A program made the translations under genes and the position numbers. 64,000 bases of DNA from Akkermansiaceae bacterium (lineage in GTDB: Bacteria > Verrucomicrobiota > Verrucomicrobiia > Verrucomicrobiales > Akkermansiaceae), in contig JAYVNE010000199.1 of the NCBI GenBank assembly GCA_043758615.1, forward strand, positions 5-64,004, in the 5' to 3' direction. The notes under the pieces are model-generated. The model was given only the letters and a program-made list of their open reading frames with translations, ran no database searches and had not been told where the DNA came from. Shown here one piece after another: positions 47,948-56,846 of the stretch (position 1 is its first letter; the number at the start of each line of letters is the position of its first letter).

Positions 47948-49408
47948 TCAAAGTGTCCGAAGGAAGAGGAGGCTGGGGGCGAAGAAGTATTCGCCGCCTT
48001 TCATGTGGACGAAGCCGTTGAAGTCGAAGGGCGCTGTTGGGCTGGCTGGATTGTCCCATTCCTTGGCGTACGTTTGGCCACCGGGCGCGGAGTGGGGTAG
48101 GCCTATGACGCCATCAAGGCCGGTGCCGGCGTTGGGGAAGGTGGGGTTGTTTGCCCACGTGTTCTGGGTGAAGACAAATTGGTCATCGAGCTTGGAGTTG
48201 TAGGCCATAAAGAGGAGGCCGATGCCGCCGGTGGGAAGGAGGGGGAGGACTTTTTCGATGAACTCGGCCTGGGTTTTTACATCGGGAAGGTCGTTGGGGT
48301 GGACGCGGTCCACCTCGGTGAAAGGAATGCCACGGCGGGGCATGATGTGGGCGCGCTCGCCTTGGTTGAGGGGGACGGCGGGCGGTGGTAATGGGGCTGG
48401 ATGACGGGGATTGACCTTGCGGATGTGGGCGTGGAAGGGGCAGCGGGAGGCGGCTGCATCGCTGCCTTGGTAGCTGAAGTCGTTCGGGGGTTCTTTGCCT
48501 TTGGCCTCGTCTGACATCGTGACAGGGGTGCCGTCTTCAAAGCGGCCAACGACGAGCGCTCCAGCACGCTCACGGTCTTCTCCATGGAGACCCAGAGCGG
48601 TGGCGAGCTCTTGTTCGCGGGATTTGAATCCAGCGACGTCTTGCTCAAGCTTGCGGAAGATGAAGAAGCTGCCAAATGCGAGGGGGTGAATCAGGCCGGG
48701 ATCTGGCACGAGGGCGCTGGCGAGGGGAAAGGCTGGGTCCCAGTGGGCGTTTCCAGCTTCATTGATTTCGTCGTCTATATCTTCGGTGAGGAGGAGTGGT
48801 TGGCTGCGGCCATCGACGTAGCCGAAGTGCTCGATCCCTTTACCGACTTTGTTTTTAACTGCTCCGCCGACTTGGATGTGGTGGATGGTGGCATCGGCGG
48901 CTTCGAGAAGAGCGCAGATTTCTGATACGATGGTTTCACCGCGTTCCTGATCGGCATCGCCGACGAGGATCATGCCGTCGATTTGCTTGCTGAAGGGGGT
49001 TTCCCAATTGGCAATAGGTGGGTCCTGGACGGCGGTGCTGGTTTTCATACCGGTGGTGAAGACGCTATTACCAGCAGGTGTGTTGAAAGGGATGCCAAGG
49101 GAAGTGTAGCCAGTCTGGCTGAGGAAGGCGGCGGCGAAGGTGCCGCCGTCGAACTTGGGATCTTTTTTGCTAGCCTTGAATGCCTCGGTCGTGAGGAGCT
49201 GCGTGAGGGCGTCCGTGACGTGGTAATTTGCTATTTCCCGTAAGGCGCGCTTTGAAGCGAGGGGGTCTGTGCCGAACTGGAAGAAGATGTTCCAAGTGTG
49301 TTCGCGGCCATGGCCTTTGAGGATGTTGCCTTGGAGGTTACGGAGCATTTTTCGCTCGTCTGGTGTGGCATTTTTCCAACTGAGGGATTTCTGAAGGTTG
49401 ATGGGCAT
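47948..49408 (-). CDS. Dyp-type peroxidase
   Basis: EHFGYVDGRSQP (GxxDG), CPFHAHIRKVNPR, RRGIPF, GLLFMAY, MKGGEYFFAPS. Confidence 0.92.
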   Translation of the reverse strand: MPINLQKSLSWKNATPDERKMLRNLQGNILKGHGREHTWNIFFQFGTDPLASKRALREIANYHVTDALTQLLTTEAFKASKKDPKFDGGTFAAAFLSQTGYTSLGIPFNTPAGNSVFTTGMKTSTAVQDPPIANWETPFSKQIDGMILVGDADQERGETIVSEICALLEAADATIHHIQVGGAVKNKVGKGIEHFGYVDGRSQPLLLTEDIDDEINEAGNAHWDPAFPLASALVPDPGLIHPLAFGSFFIFRKLEQDVAGFKSREQELATALGLHGEDRERAGALVVGRFEDGTPVTMSDEAKGKEPPNDFSYQGSDAAASRCPFHAHIRKVNPRHPAPLPPPAVPLNQGERAHIMPRRGIPFTEVDRVHPNDLPDVKTQAEFIEKVLPLLPTGGIGLLFMAYNSKLDDQFVFTQNTWANNPTFPNAGTGLDGVIGLPHSAPGGQTYAKEWDNPASPTAPFDFNGFVHMKGGEYFFAPSLLFLRTL

Positions 49409-49581
49409 GAGTTGATGAGGTTAATATTGTGTTAGTTTAGGGGTGGTTTCAAAAAATAGATTCAATCGTTGTGGATGAAAAAGCGGAGTCGAAGGGAGCT
49501 GGAGGAAGTCAGTGCGGAGAGGGGGGCTGTGAGAGTTGAAGACCAGGCAGGAATGCCTGTATCACGCGTGGAATGCTGGTG

Positions 49582-50337
49582 TCATTTTGGGGGGAGTTGT
49601 TTGGCGAGGGCTTCGAGGACGGTGGTGGTTTTCAGGCCGCCGCTGTCTTTTGGATTGATGGATTTGCCGGTGAGCCAGGTGGTGAATTTTTTCTCGTCGT
49701 TGGTAGGGTCCTTGGAGGTGGCTTTGTAGGAAAGTTCCAGGATCTCGCCGCCGGGGTATTTCCATTCTTCGGCGGTGAGGTTGGCGGAATCGGGGAGTTT
49801 CCAGCGGCGGGCTTCGATTTTGGGAAAGGTGCGCACTGCGTCCCATGGGATTTGGTCGAGGCGTTCCTTGAGGAAATCTCGTTGGGGAAGGGAGAGCATT
49901 CCTCGGATCGAGTGCTGTTCGATGGCGGCCCTAACGGAAGCCATGGAGGGGCTACAGTCGATGGAATAGGCGGGAACTTTTTCTTCGCTGCCGATGGCGA
50001 CGTCGGTTTCCAGAGTGCCTGGGTATCTATCGGATTCGGGCGGCTGAGTAGTGGGGCGTTCCTTGACGGTGAAGGTCCAAGTCTCGCTTTTTTTACGTAG
50101 GCGCAGGATGAGGTGTTGGTCCTTGAGCAGGGTGAGCGACGGGGTGTCAAAAAAGTAGATCTCCATCGTGTCTTGCGGCGGAGTGGCATTGAGAGCGAGG
50201 GTGTTCCGAAGCTGCCCGGCGGTGGCGGTGTCCGGCGCTAGGTAGTGGAGCTCGACTTTCTGCCCCGCGGCGAGTGAGGCCGCTGCTAGACTGAGAGAAA
50301 CAAGGCGCGTTAGTAGGTGTTGTCCTGTTATATTCAC
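49582..50337 (-). CDS. Secreted CYTH-like (triphosphate tunnel) protein
   Basis: KVEL…IYFFDTPSLTL…LILRLRKK…TVKERP…ETD…LELSYK…KTTTVLE pattern; hydrophobic N-terminus; start codon inferred. Confidence 0.6.
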   Translation of the reverse strand: MNITGQHLLTRLVSLSLAAASLAAGQKVELHYLAPDTATAGQLRNTLALNATPPQDTMEIYFFDTPSLTLLKDQHLILRLRKKSETWTFTVKERPTTQPPESDRYPGTLETDVAIGSEEKVPAYSIDCSPSMASVRAAIEQHSIRGMLSLPQRDFLKERLDQIPWDAVRTFPKIEARRWKLPDSANLTAEEWKYPGGEILELSYKATSKDPTNDEKKFTTWLTGKSINPKDSGGLKTTTVLEALAKQLPPK

Positions 50338-50661
50338 GGATGGAGATGGAGGGGGCTGGGAGTGAATGGCGTGAAATACCACAAGGGCTCTTCCACATTT
50401 GATGTCTGATAGTGAATTCAAAACAAAAGCTTCGGAGGAACGCAAGGGGAAGAAATCATCAAATTCGGAGGTGTTGTTAGCTTTTGTTAAGTGTTAGTTA
50501 TAATTGGATGCACCGGCGCGAAATGCGGACTGTGGTGTGACGGAATTGTCACTTTTCCAGCAGAGCCGAAAAAGTTTCCGCAGAATCACGCATTGTCTTG
50601 CGGACGCGGGCGGGATTGGTTAGTCGATTGTCGGAGTGAGAATTGTCCGGCCCGAATTGAC

Positions 50662-51006
50662 ATGGCGCATCCTGTTTCCCGAACAGAGGGGCTCGGTTTG
50701 TTTGCAACAGCTGGCGCTCAGGTGTGGGTATCGCATCAGTGAGCTGTGCAGGGAGCTCGGCTGTTCTGAGGATATCTGCGGGAGGTTTTCGCACGGGACA
50801 TTGGACTGAGCCCGAAGGAATGGATGCGGCAGGAGCGCATGGTGGTGGCGCGGCGAATGCTGGCGGGCGGGAGAGCTCCGGACGAGGTGGCAGAAAGTTT
50901 GGGATTTGCGGTTGCGGATAATTTCCGGCGGGAATTCCGGGAGTTCTATCAGGTGCGGCCGGTGGAGTTCCAGCGGGAGAGGTGGCGGGGGGGATTTGGA
51001 GGGTAG
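50662..51006 (+). pseudogene. AraC-type HTH regulator, frameshifted
   Basis: CLQQLALRCGYRISELCRELGCSE / YLREVFARDIGLSPKEWMRQERM…VAESLGF…NFRREFREFY is split by a frameshift at ~50771. Confidence 0.7.
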
Positions 51007-51281
51007 GAGAGTTGAGAAGAGTTTACCGTAGTGGCGCAAAGGTCGCGAAGGGACGCAGAGGAAGACGTGGACTGGGGAAGAGGTTGATGGTTGATGCGGG
51101 AGGGCCTCGCAGATTTCCCAATGACTGCGATCGAAGGGTCTGGTGCCGCGATGATGGATAACTATTGATCATCATTTTAGGTGAGTGACCGGACGACGCC
51201 ATCGAATTGGGAAATTAGAGTTTTGTAATATAAATTGGACCGGGCCGCATCATAACTGCACAAGCTTTGAATCGAGGCTGA

Positions 51282-53750
51282 TTAATGAAAACCTGGAGCG
51301 TCAGAAATCCTGAACTCGCATCTGGCCACCGGCTTTTTTGTATTTTCGTCAAATTCCACCGTCATCCAACGTGCTCCGTCTTTTGCGACGATCAAAACTC
51401 GCCCGTAAGTGCGATGCTCGGCGAGAACTTTGGGTGCCTCTCTGCTTGTCTCGAAACGATCTTTTGGATCAGCCAGCAAGGCTCCGAACTCCGTCTTCCG
51501 TCCCTCAATGCCAATTACGAAATCCGGATAAAACCCTCTCCCGTTCTCCATCAGAACATTAACGGACCAAGGCTTGTCTGACGGATTCCGATGCCACCAA
51601 TTGACGAGGTTGTTAGGATCGCGGTCCAGCATCTGCGCGAAATCCCTCTCCCATCCGTTCATCTGTGGTGGTATGACACCGTAGATGTTCCTTGGCGAGT
51701 TAGGCAGGTAGTCAGGCGAAACCAGCTCAGTTGGAAGCTCGGCGGCTTCAATGATCTCAGCCGCTTCTGCCAGAGCCTTCTTCTGTGCTTCCCATAGCAG
51801 CTCAGGATGGGTGGCTAGGATCACGTCCAGGAAGTGAGCAACCTTCTCTCTATCATCTGCCTCAGACATGGACTCCTCGCGCATCACCATCTCCATCTTT
51901 CTCAGCAGTGACCGGCGTAATTCACGAGGATCCAGAGCCTTGTTCTTCAGTAGAGCCTTCTCGGCGGATAATGCGGCTTGAGTTGGGGATAGATCCGCCG
52001 CGAAGTTGAACTCTTGCTGAATCACATGGGTGAAAACGTCCAAAGTGCGCTTCTCCACTGGTATCCTGTTTCTCATCACCTCAAACAATTCCCGGGTCGA
52101 AACCATGAAGCGGTTTGCACAGTCCTCCTCTGTCACTTCGTTTTGAGCGGATACGACTTGAGTCTTGAATCCACGCGGCATCCCGGAGCGTAAGGCATAA
52201 CGTTGAATCCCTGTGGGACCGACCGCGTGTCTCGGAGGCTGATCCGGTGAATCCCCGCTGCCAGTTGCGTTGTCACCTCCGAAAAATTCGCTGAAATCAA
52301 AAGATGTAGTCGGTTCAAACTCCGGCGCATTCGGCTCATCGTCTGCTGCATCAAGACTTGGCGCTCCGCCTGTTTCCTGGCTCTCGAGTCCGAAGAGTTC
52401 GATTTGTCCGCGTTTGTCCACTCGCCCAACGCCGGACAGGCTTTCGCCAAACCGGAGGACAACCGTCGCAGTGCTGGCTTTGGCATACTCGGTTTGGATC
52501 GCATTGATCTTCTGGCCTGCAATGTCCAAGCCTGTCTGGGTTTCAGCGGATGCGAGAAAGACCAATCCATGTGTCAGTTCTTCTGGCAGGTTTTTGGCCT
52601 GTGCCCTACCTTGAAGAAGCCGATGCACACGAAGGATTCTGCCGACTAACTGAATGCCGAAGTCGGCGTCTCGACTCGCTCTCATGGAGACCAGTGTGAA
52701 AGCCCGTGGAGCGTCAAATCCGAGAGCGACTGCCATTTTGAAAATCAAAACCTCGCGGCGTGGTTCATTCGCCAGTGCCAGCAATCCGCTATCAGGTTCT
52801 TCCGCCGTATGAATTGCCACTTGCTCATCGGTGAAACCCATCCGCAATAGCCGTGCCTTCAAACGCTCCACGCTCTTTTCCTGAGAGTCCGCCTGCACCA
52901 GAAGCAGGGGCACCAGTGGCACCTTCATTTCCTCCAGCTTCCGCTTGATCCTGCGGTGTGCCGCCACTCCATCCCGGAGAGCGGTGCCTTCCAGATCCAC
53001 CAGTGCCTTCTTGTCGGCATCCACGAAATAGGCCGCGCATTTCACTCCTGTCTTGATTAAGCCCGCATCCACCGCATCCGGGCGGCTGACTCCGATCCGG
53101 TGAAGTTCGGCGATGCCCATGGCCTTCTCAAATGCCTTGATGTCCGAGTCATTCGGCGTGGCCGTGATCAGGATCGTATATTCGGGTTGCAAGACTTCGC
53201 GGAAAAACTTCGCTGCCAGCGTAGTCTCGCCGAATCCGAGGTGAGCTTCATCCACCACTACGCCGATGCGCTTACCCTGAGCACGCAGTTGGGTGATGAG
53301 AATGTCGATAGATGGGTTGAGATCGCCGCCCTTGCGGATGTTCCGCTTGTCCTTCACGCGCGTTGCTACTGCTCCCCATGTCGTGACAAAGACATCGCCC
53401 CTGCGGCTCATGCCGGGTTCACGGTCATCTGCTAGATCCCGCAACCTGAGGCCGCTGAACTCCTCCCGCAAAAACGCCTCCGTTTGGCCGACCACTCCCT
53501 TAAATGGTGCGAACCAGAACCAAACGACATCTTCCACATGGCTGAATTTCTCTACCATCGTCCCGGCGATCAACGTTTTTCCAGATCCCGTGGGTGCTTC
53601 GATTAACAGATATCCGTTATGATTGATCGCTCTTGCCCGGCTAACCGCATCCTCTCCCGCAGCTTCTAATAGCTCCCGAGTTGCCACGAAAAGATCGAAC
53701 CCGCTTTCTACCGCAGTCTCCTGAAATCCCTTGAGTGTCTTCTTGCTCAT
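51282..53750 (-). CDS. Type III restriction enzyme Res-like subunit (SF2 helicase + PD-(D/E)XK nuclease)
   Basis: APTGSGKT, VVDEAH, ITATP, IQLVGRILRV; C-terminal FYPDF…LADPK; starts 5 bp downstream of mod. Confidence 0.85.
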   Translation of the reverse strand: MSKKTLKGFQETAVESGFDLFVATRELLEAAGEDAVSRARAINHNGYLLIEAPTGSGKTLIAGTMVEKFSHVEDVVWFWFAPFKGVVGQTEAFLREEFSGLRLRDLADDREPGMSRRGDVFVTTWGAVATRVKDKRNIRKGGDLNPSIDILITQLRAQGKRIGVVVDEAHLGFGETTLAAKFFREVLQPEYTILITATPNDSDIKAFEKAMGIAELHRIGVSRPDAVDAGLIKTGVKCAAYFVDADKKALVDLEGTALRDGVAAHRRIKRKLEEMKVPLVPLLLVQADSQEKSVERLKARLLRMGFTDEQVAIHTAEEPDSGLLALANEPRREVLIFKMAVALGFDAPRAFTLVSMRASRDADFGIQLVGRILRVHRLLQGRAQAKNLPEELTHGLVFLASAETQTGLDIAGQKINAIQTEYAKASTATVVLRFGESLSGVGRVDKRGQIELFGLESQETGGAPSLDAADDEPNAPEFEPTTSFDFSEFFGGDNATGSGDSPDQPPRHAVGPTGIQRYALRSGMPRGFKTQVVSAQNEVTEEDCANRFMVSTRELFEVMRNRIPVEKRTLDVFTHVIQQEFNFAADLSPTQAALSAEKALLKNKALDPRELRRSLLRKMEMVMREESMSEADDREKVAHFLDVILATHPELLWEAQKKALAEAAEIIEAAELPTELVSPDYLPNSPRNIYGVIPPQMNGWERDFAQMLDRDPNNLVNWWHRNPSDKPWSVNVLMENGRGFYPDFVIGIEGRKTEFGALLADPKDRFETSREAPKVLAEHRTYGRVLIVAKDGARWMTVEFDENTKKPVARCEFRISDAPGFH

Positions 53751-53755
53751 ATCGA

Positions 53756-55636
53756 TCAGCCTTTCATTCCGAATCTCCGGGCCAGAACTTCCGGGATGGC
53801 TTCATGTTGGACGTTCCCAGCCCGGATGTGCTGGCGCAGCGCCTCCGGCTGCCACGAATAAATCAGCGCCTCGGTGAAATCCTTGACCGCTTTCCTCACG
53901 GCGGGAACCAGCTCCTTGGAAAAGCGCGGGACATAAACCAGTGCTGAATCCCCATTTGCCGATATGAGGAAATCTCCATCCCGGTAAGGCTCTAAAACGT
54001 CGCGATGAATCAGTTGGAGTGTCGTCCATACTTGCTCATGCTCGATATCTAGCAGTCTTCCTGGTGAAATGCGCTGGCACCTGAGGTAGGCGAAATCTCC
54101 ATCGAGAGCTTCGACATCCTTGGCTCCTTTGCGAGTCCGCACGCTGTAGCCGTCTATCAATCCTCTGACTCGGCGTGCGCAAACATCGCGACAGACGTTT
54201 TTCTCAGGTTCATCTTTGTTAGTTTCTGTGCTGGAAACCAGAATGAAGCGTCGTTCTCCATCATCCTCTTGATTCTGAGCCAAGACAGCTTGAGCAGTCG
54301 TTCCAGAGCCTGCAAAGAAATCTAACACCAAATCATCATCACTGGTCGTTTGCCGGATGAAGGCTTGAATCAGCGACAAGGGCTTGGGATAGTCAAAGTC
54401 CTTGTTGCCGAGAATTTCCTGCACGAGGGAAGTCCCTTCCGAAGTGCCGCCGACAATTGCGATTTCAATTCCTTCCGTGTCCAATTCTTCTCTCTCATCT
54501 TTCTTCAATGATGCGGGCATCAACCATGAGGAAAATGGCTTTTCAGATCGCTTGACCTCGGAAAGGTGCCGCTTGTAGCGCGGCTTGCCGTATCCAATTT
54601 TTTTGCCTACCCAAAAATCGAGTTCTTGATTCCAGAATTGTTGCTCCTCCCCTGTATTTCCAAATCGCAGATTCCGCGGAGCCGTTCCTTCTTTGATTGC
54701 GGCAATGAGTTCTTCTTTGGTTTGATAGCTGACGACTCTCTCCTCTTTTGGCCACAGCACTTTGTCCGCTTGGATAATTTGCTCCATCGTCAAACTTCTC
54801 AATTGTTGGCCGGGCTTAACCCTTTCGTTAGATGAAAATCGCCAGACATTATCCGGGTCACATGCATACCAAGTTTGAGATTTCGCATTAAAAATCGGAT
54901 AGAAGGTATTCGGGCGTTGCTTGTAGTTTTTATTTTGAACCAAGTTATCATTGTTCCAAGCTCCACGAGGATCATCATCTTCATTCGAGTAGGCTTCTGT
55001 AGTCTTTGTCTTCCCAGCGAAAGTGAATTCTGGATTCGCATAGCACAGCACGTATTCGTGATCCACGCTTCGGAAATACTCTTTGGAGTCATTCGCTCCA
55101 CTTCTTGTTCTCCATACAAAACTTCCCACACGCCGTCCCGGCATCACCTTATCGAGAAGCATTTCTAACTTAGCCCGACTTTGGTCATTGATGCAGACCA
55201 GCATGACCCCATCCTCCCGGAGCAAGTCACGGGCGATGACGAGACGTTGATAGAGAAACTCGATCCAGGTGGAGAAGCGCCACGAATCGTTTTCTCCGAC
55301 GAAGCTGTCGTTATAGACGAAATCCTTTTTCCCAGTGTTGTAGGGCGGATCAATCAGGATGCATTTCACGCGTCCCGCATAGGCCATGCGAAGATAGCGA
55401 AGGGCGTCGAAGTTGTCGCCCTCCACGATGAGATTCCTCCATCCGCCGGACGGCGCTTCTTGAGGCACGCACAGGTTCGGGACAAGATCGAGAGCTACGA
55501 AGTCGGCATTGATCGCCTTATCGCGGTCGATCTCGTTGGCTTCCCATACCAGACCGAAGCGGGTGCTGTCCCGACCGTCGCGGGTTTCTAAAAGGCGGAC
55601 AAGCTCGTCCTTGGAGAGGTGATCGTATTTGGACAT
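53756..55636 (-). CDS. Type III Mod-like N6-adenine DNA methyltransferase
   Basis: LIVEGDNFDAL, DPPYNTG, PKPLSLI, VLDFFAGSGTTAQAV. Confidence 0.92.
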   Translation of the reverse strand: MSKYDHLSKDELVRLLETRDGRDSTRFGLVWEANEIDRDKAINADFVALDLVPNLCVPQEAPSGGWRNLIVEGDNFDALRYLRMAYAGRVKCILIDPPYNTGKKDFVYNDSFVGENDSWRFSTWIEFLYQRLVIARDLLREDGVMLVCINDQSRAKLEMLLDKVMPGRRVGSFVWRTRSGANDSKEYFRSVDHEYVLCYANPEFTFAGKTKTTEAYSNEDDDPRGAWNNDNLVQNKNYKQRPNTFYPIFNAKSQTWYACDPDNVWRFSSNERVKPGQQLRSLTMEQIIQADKVLWPKEERVVSYQTKEELIAAIKEGTAPRNLRFGNTGEEQQFWNQELDFWVGKKIGYGKPRYKRHLSEVKRSEKPFSSWLMPASLKKDEREELDTEGIEIAIVGGTSEGTSLVQEILGNKDFDYPKPLSLIQAFIRQTTSDDDLVLDFFAGSGTTAQAVLAQNQEDDGERRFILVSSTETNKDEPEKNVCRDVCARRVRGLIDGYSVRTRKGAKDVEALDGDFAYLRCQRISPGRLLDIEHEQVWTTLQLIHRDVLEPYRDGDFLISANGDSALVYVPRFSKELVPAVRKAVKDFTEALIYSWQPEALRQHIRAGNVQHEAIPEVLARRFGMKG

Positions 55637-56040
55637 TCCTGGCAGGGGACGGGTCCTGCCAGGTGGACGGGGAGTGATAAAGTCGAGCTACGCCGACCGC
55701 AACGGCCTTTAGCCGTTCCCCGTAGGAGACGACCTGGACATGCGCCGCCGCCTCCCCGGCCTTTCGGTCGAGTTGGCGGCAATGTTGCGGTCATTGCCTA
55801 CCGCGTAGCTGGAGGTTTATCAGGCCTCGTCCGCCGAGGCGGACACGCCAAGTCAACCGGGACGAGGGGAGGCGAGCAAGGAAAGAATTCCCGGAGGCTG
55901 TTTGCAAAAAAAAGGGGACAAGCTTCCAGCCTGTCTCAGAGGGTCGGCATCCAGGCCGGAAGCCCGGATTCCAAAACAGCCAAGAGGGCCAATCTCCAAT
56001 TTTTAAAAAGCCTCGAAACATCGCCAAACCTTCGTTTAGC

Positions 56041-56454
56041 TCATTTGAAAGGATTCACCACCCGGACACCGCCGTAATCTTGGCCGCTATTGAGGTCTTC
56101 CGAATACAACGTGTGACAACCCAGTTCCTTGGCCGCAGAAATGATGGCTGCGTCCCAGTAGGAGATTTGATAGCGTGTGGCGATCCGGGTGGCTCGGACC
56201 ACGAGACCGGGAGTGATTGGCAACGTGGTGCGGAGTGCTAGCAATTCCAGATTCTCCATAGCCACCTCCAACGAAATCCCGAGCCGTGCCTTGGTGTAGG
56301 CAACACTGAAATACTCCTGCATCACCTGAGCCGAAAAACCCAAGCCGGGCTTGCGTAGCAGATCCAAGGCGATCTTCCGTTTTACTTGATCGTCCGGATG
56401 CTGCGACCCCGCGTAAAGCAGCACGTTAGAGTCGATGAAAAATTGGGCGATCAT
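56041..56454 (-). CDS. PIN-domain (VapC-like) toxin
   Basis: FIDSNVLLY, SAQVMQEY, SYWDAAII..A…C.TLYSEDL…VVNPF. Confidence 0.9.
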   Translation of the reverse strand: MIAQFFIDSNVLLYAGSQHPDDQVKRKIALDLLRKPGLGFSAQVMQEYFSVAYTKARLGISLEVAMENLELLALRTTLPITPGLVVRATRIATRYQISYWDAAIISAAKELGCHTLYSEDLNSGQDYGGVRVVNPFK

Positions 56455-56671
56455 AAATTTCGTGACGATGGACTTTGCCAACGGGGGAATCGGTGTTGCT
56501 GCCGCGGGAGAATGCTGCGACAAATGCCTCGGTATCGTCGGCAGGTGCGTCCTCCCGCAAGACAGTCTCTAAACCCTCAATGATGAGATTCTTGATGGTG
56601 GTGCGGCGGCGCGCGGCGGCGATTTTCGTCCGCTCCAAAATGCTGTCAGGTAAATCAACGGTAGTTTTCAC
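56426..56671 (-). CDS. VapB-like RHH antitoxin
   Basis: MKTTVDLPDSILERTKIAAARRRTTIKNLIIEGL; overlaps the toxin start. Confidence 0.8.
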   Translation of the reverse strand: MKTTVDLPDSILERTKIAAARRRTTIKNLIIEGLETVLREDAPADDTEAFVAAFSRGSNTDSPVGKVHRHEIYDRPIFHRL

Positions 56672-56846
56672 AAGAGGAATAAATGCGTGAATATAGTTTT
56701 ATGTCAAATCCTGTGTTGGATTTGTCCAAAGCTGATGCTCTCTGTGACGGCTCGGATGACGATAAGTTTGAAGTCGCCCAAGAGGATGAGTCTTGCGCTC
56801 TAGATTGGGGCTTGGAAGTTTTTCCCGTGGCGATTCTTCTTAGGGC

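Noticed and set aside
51005-51110. Short purine-rich repeats (cgcaaaggtcgcgaagggacgcagagg; gttgatggttgatg)
   Set aside because: They are too degenerate and single-copy here to call an element; only the heptamer part is mentioned in the findings.
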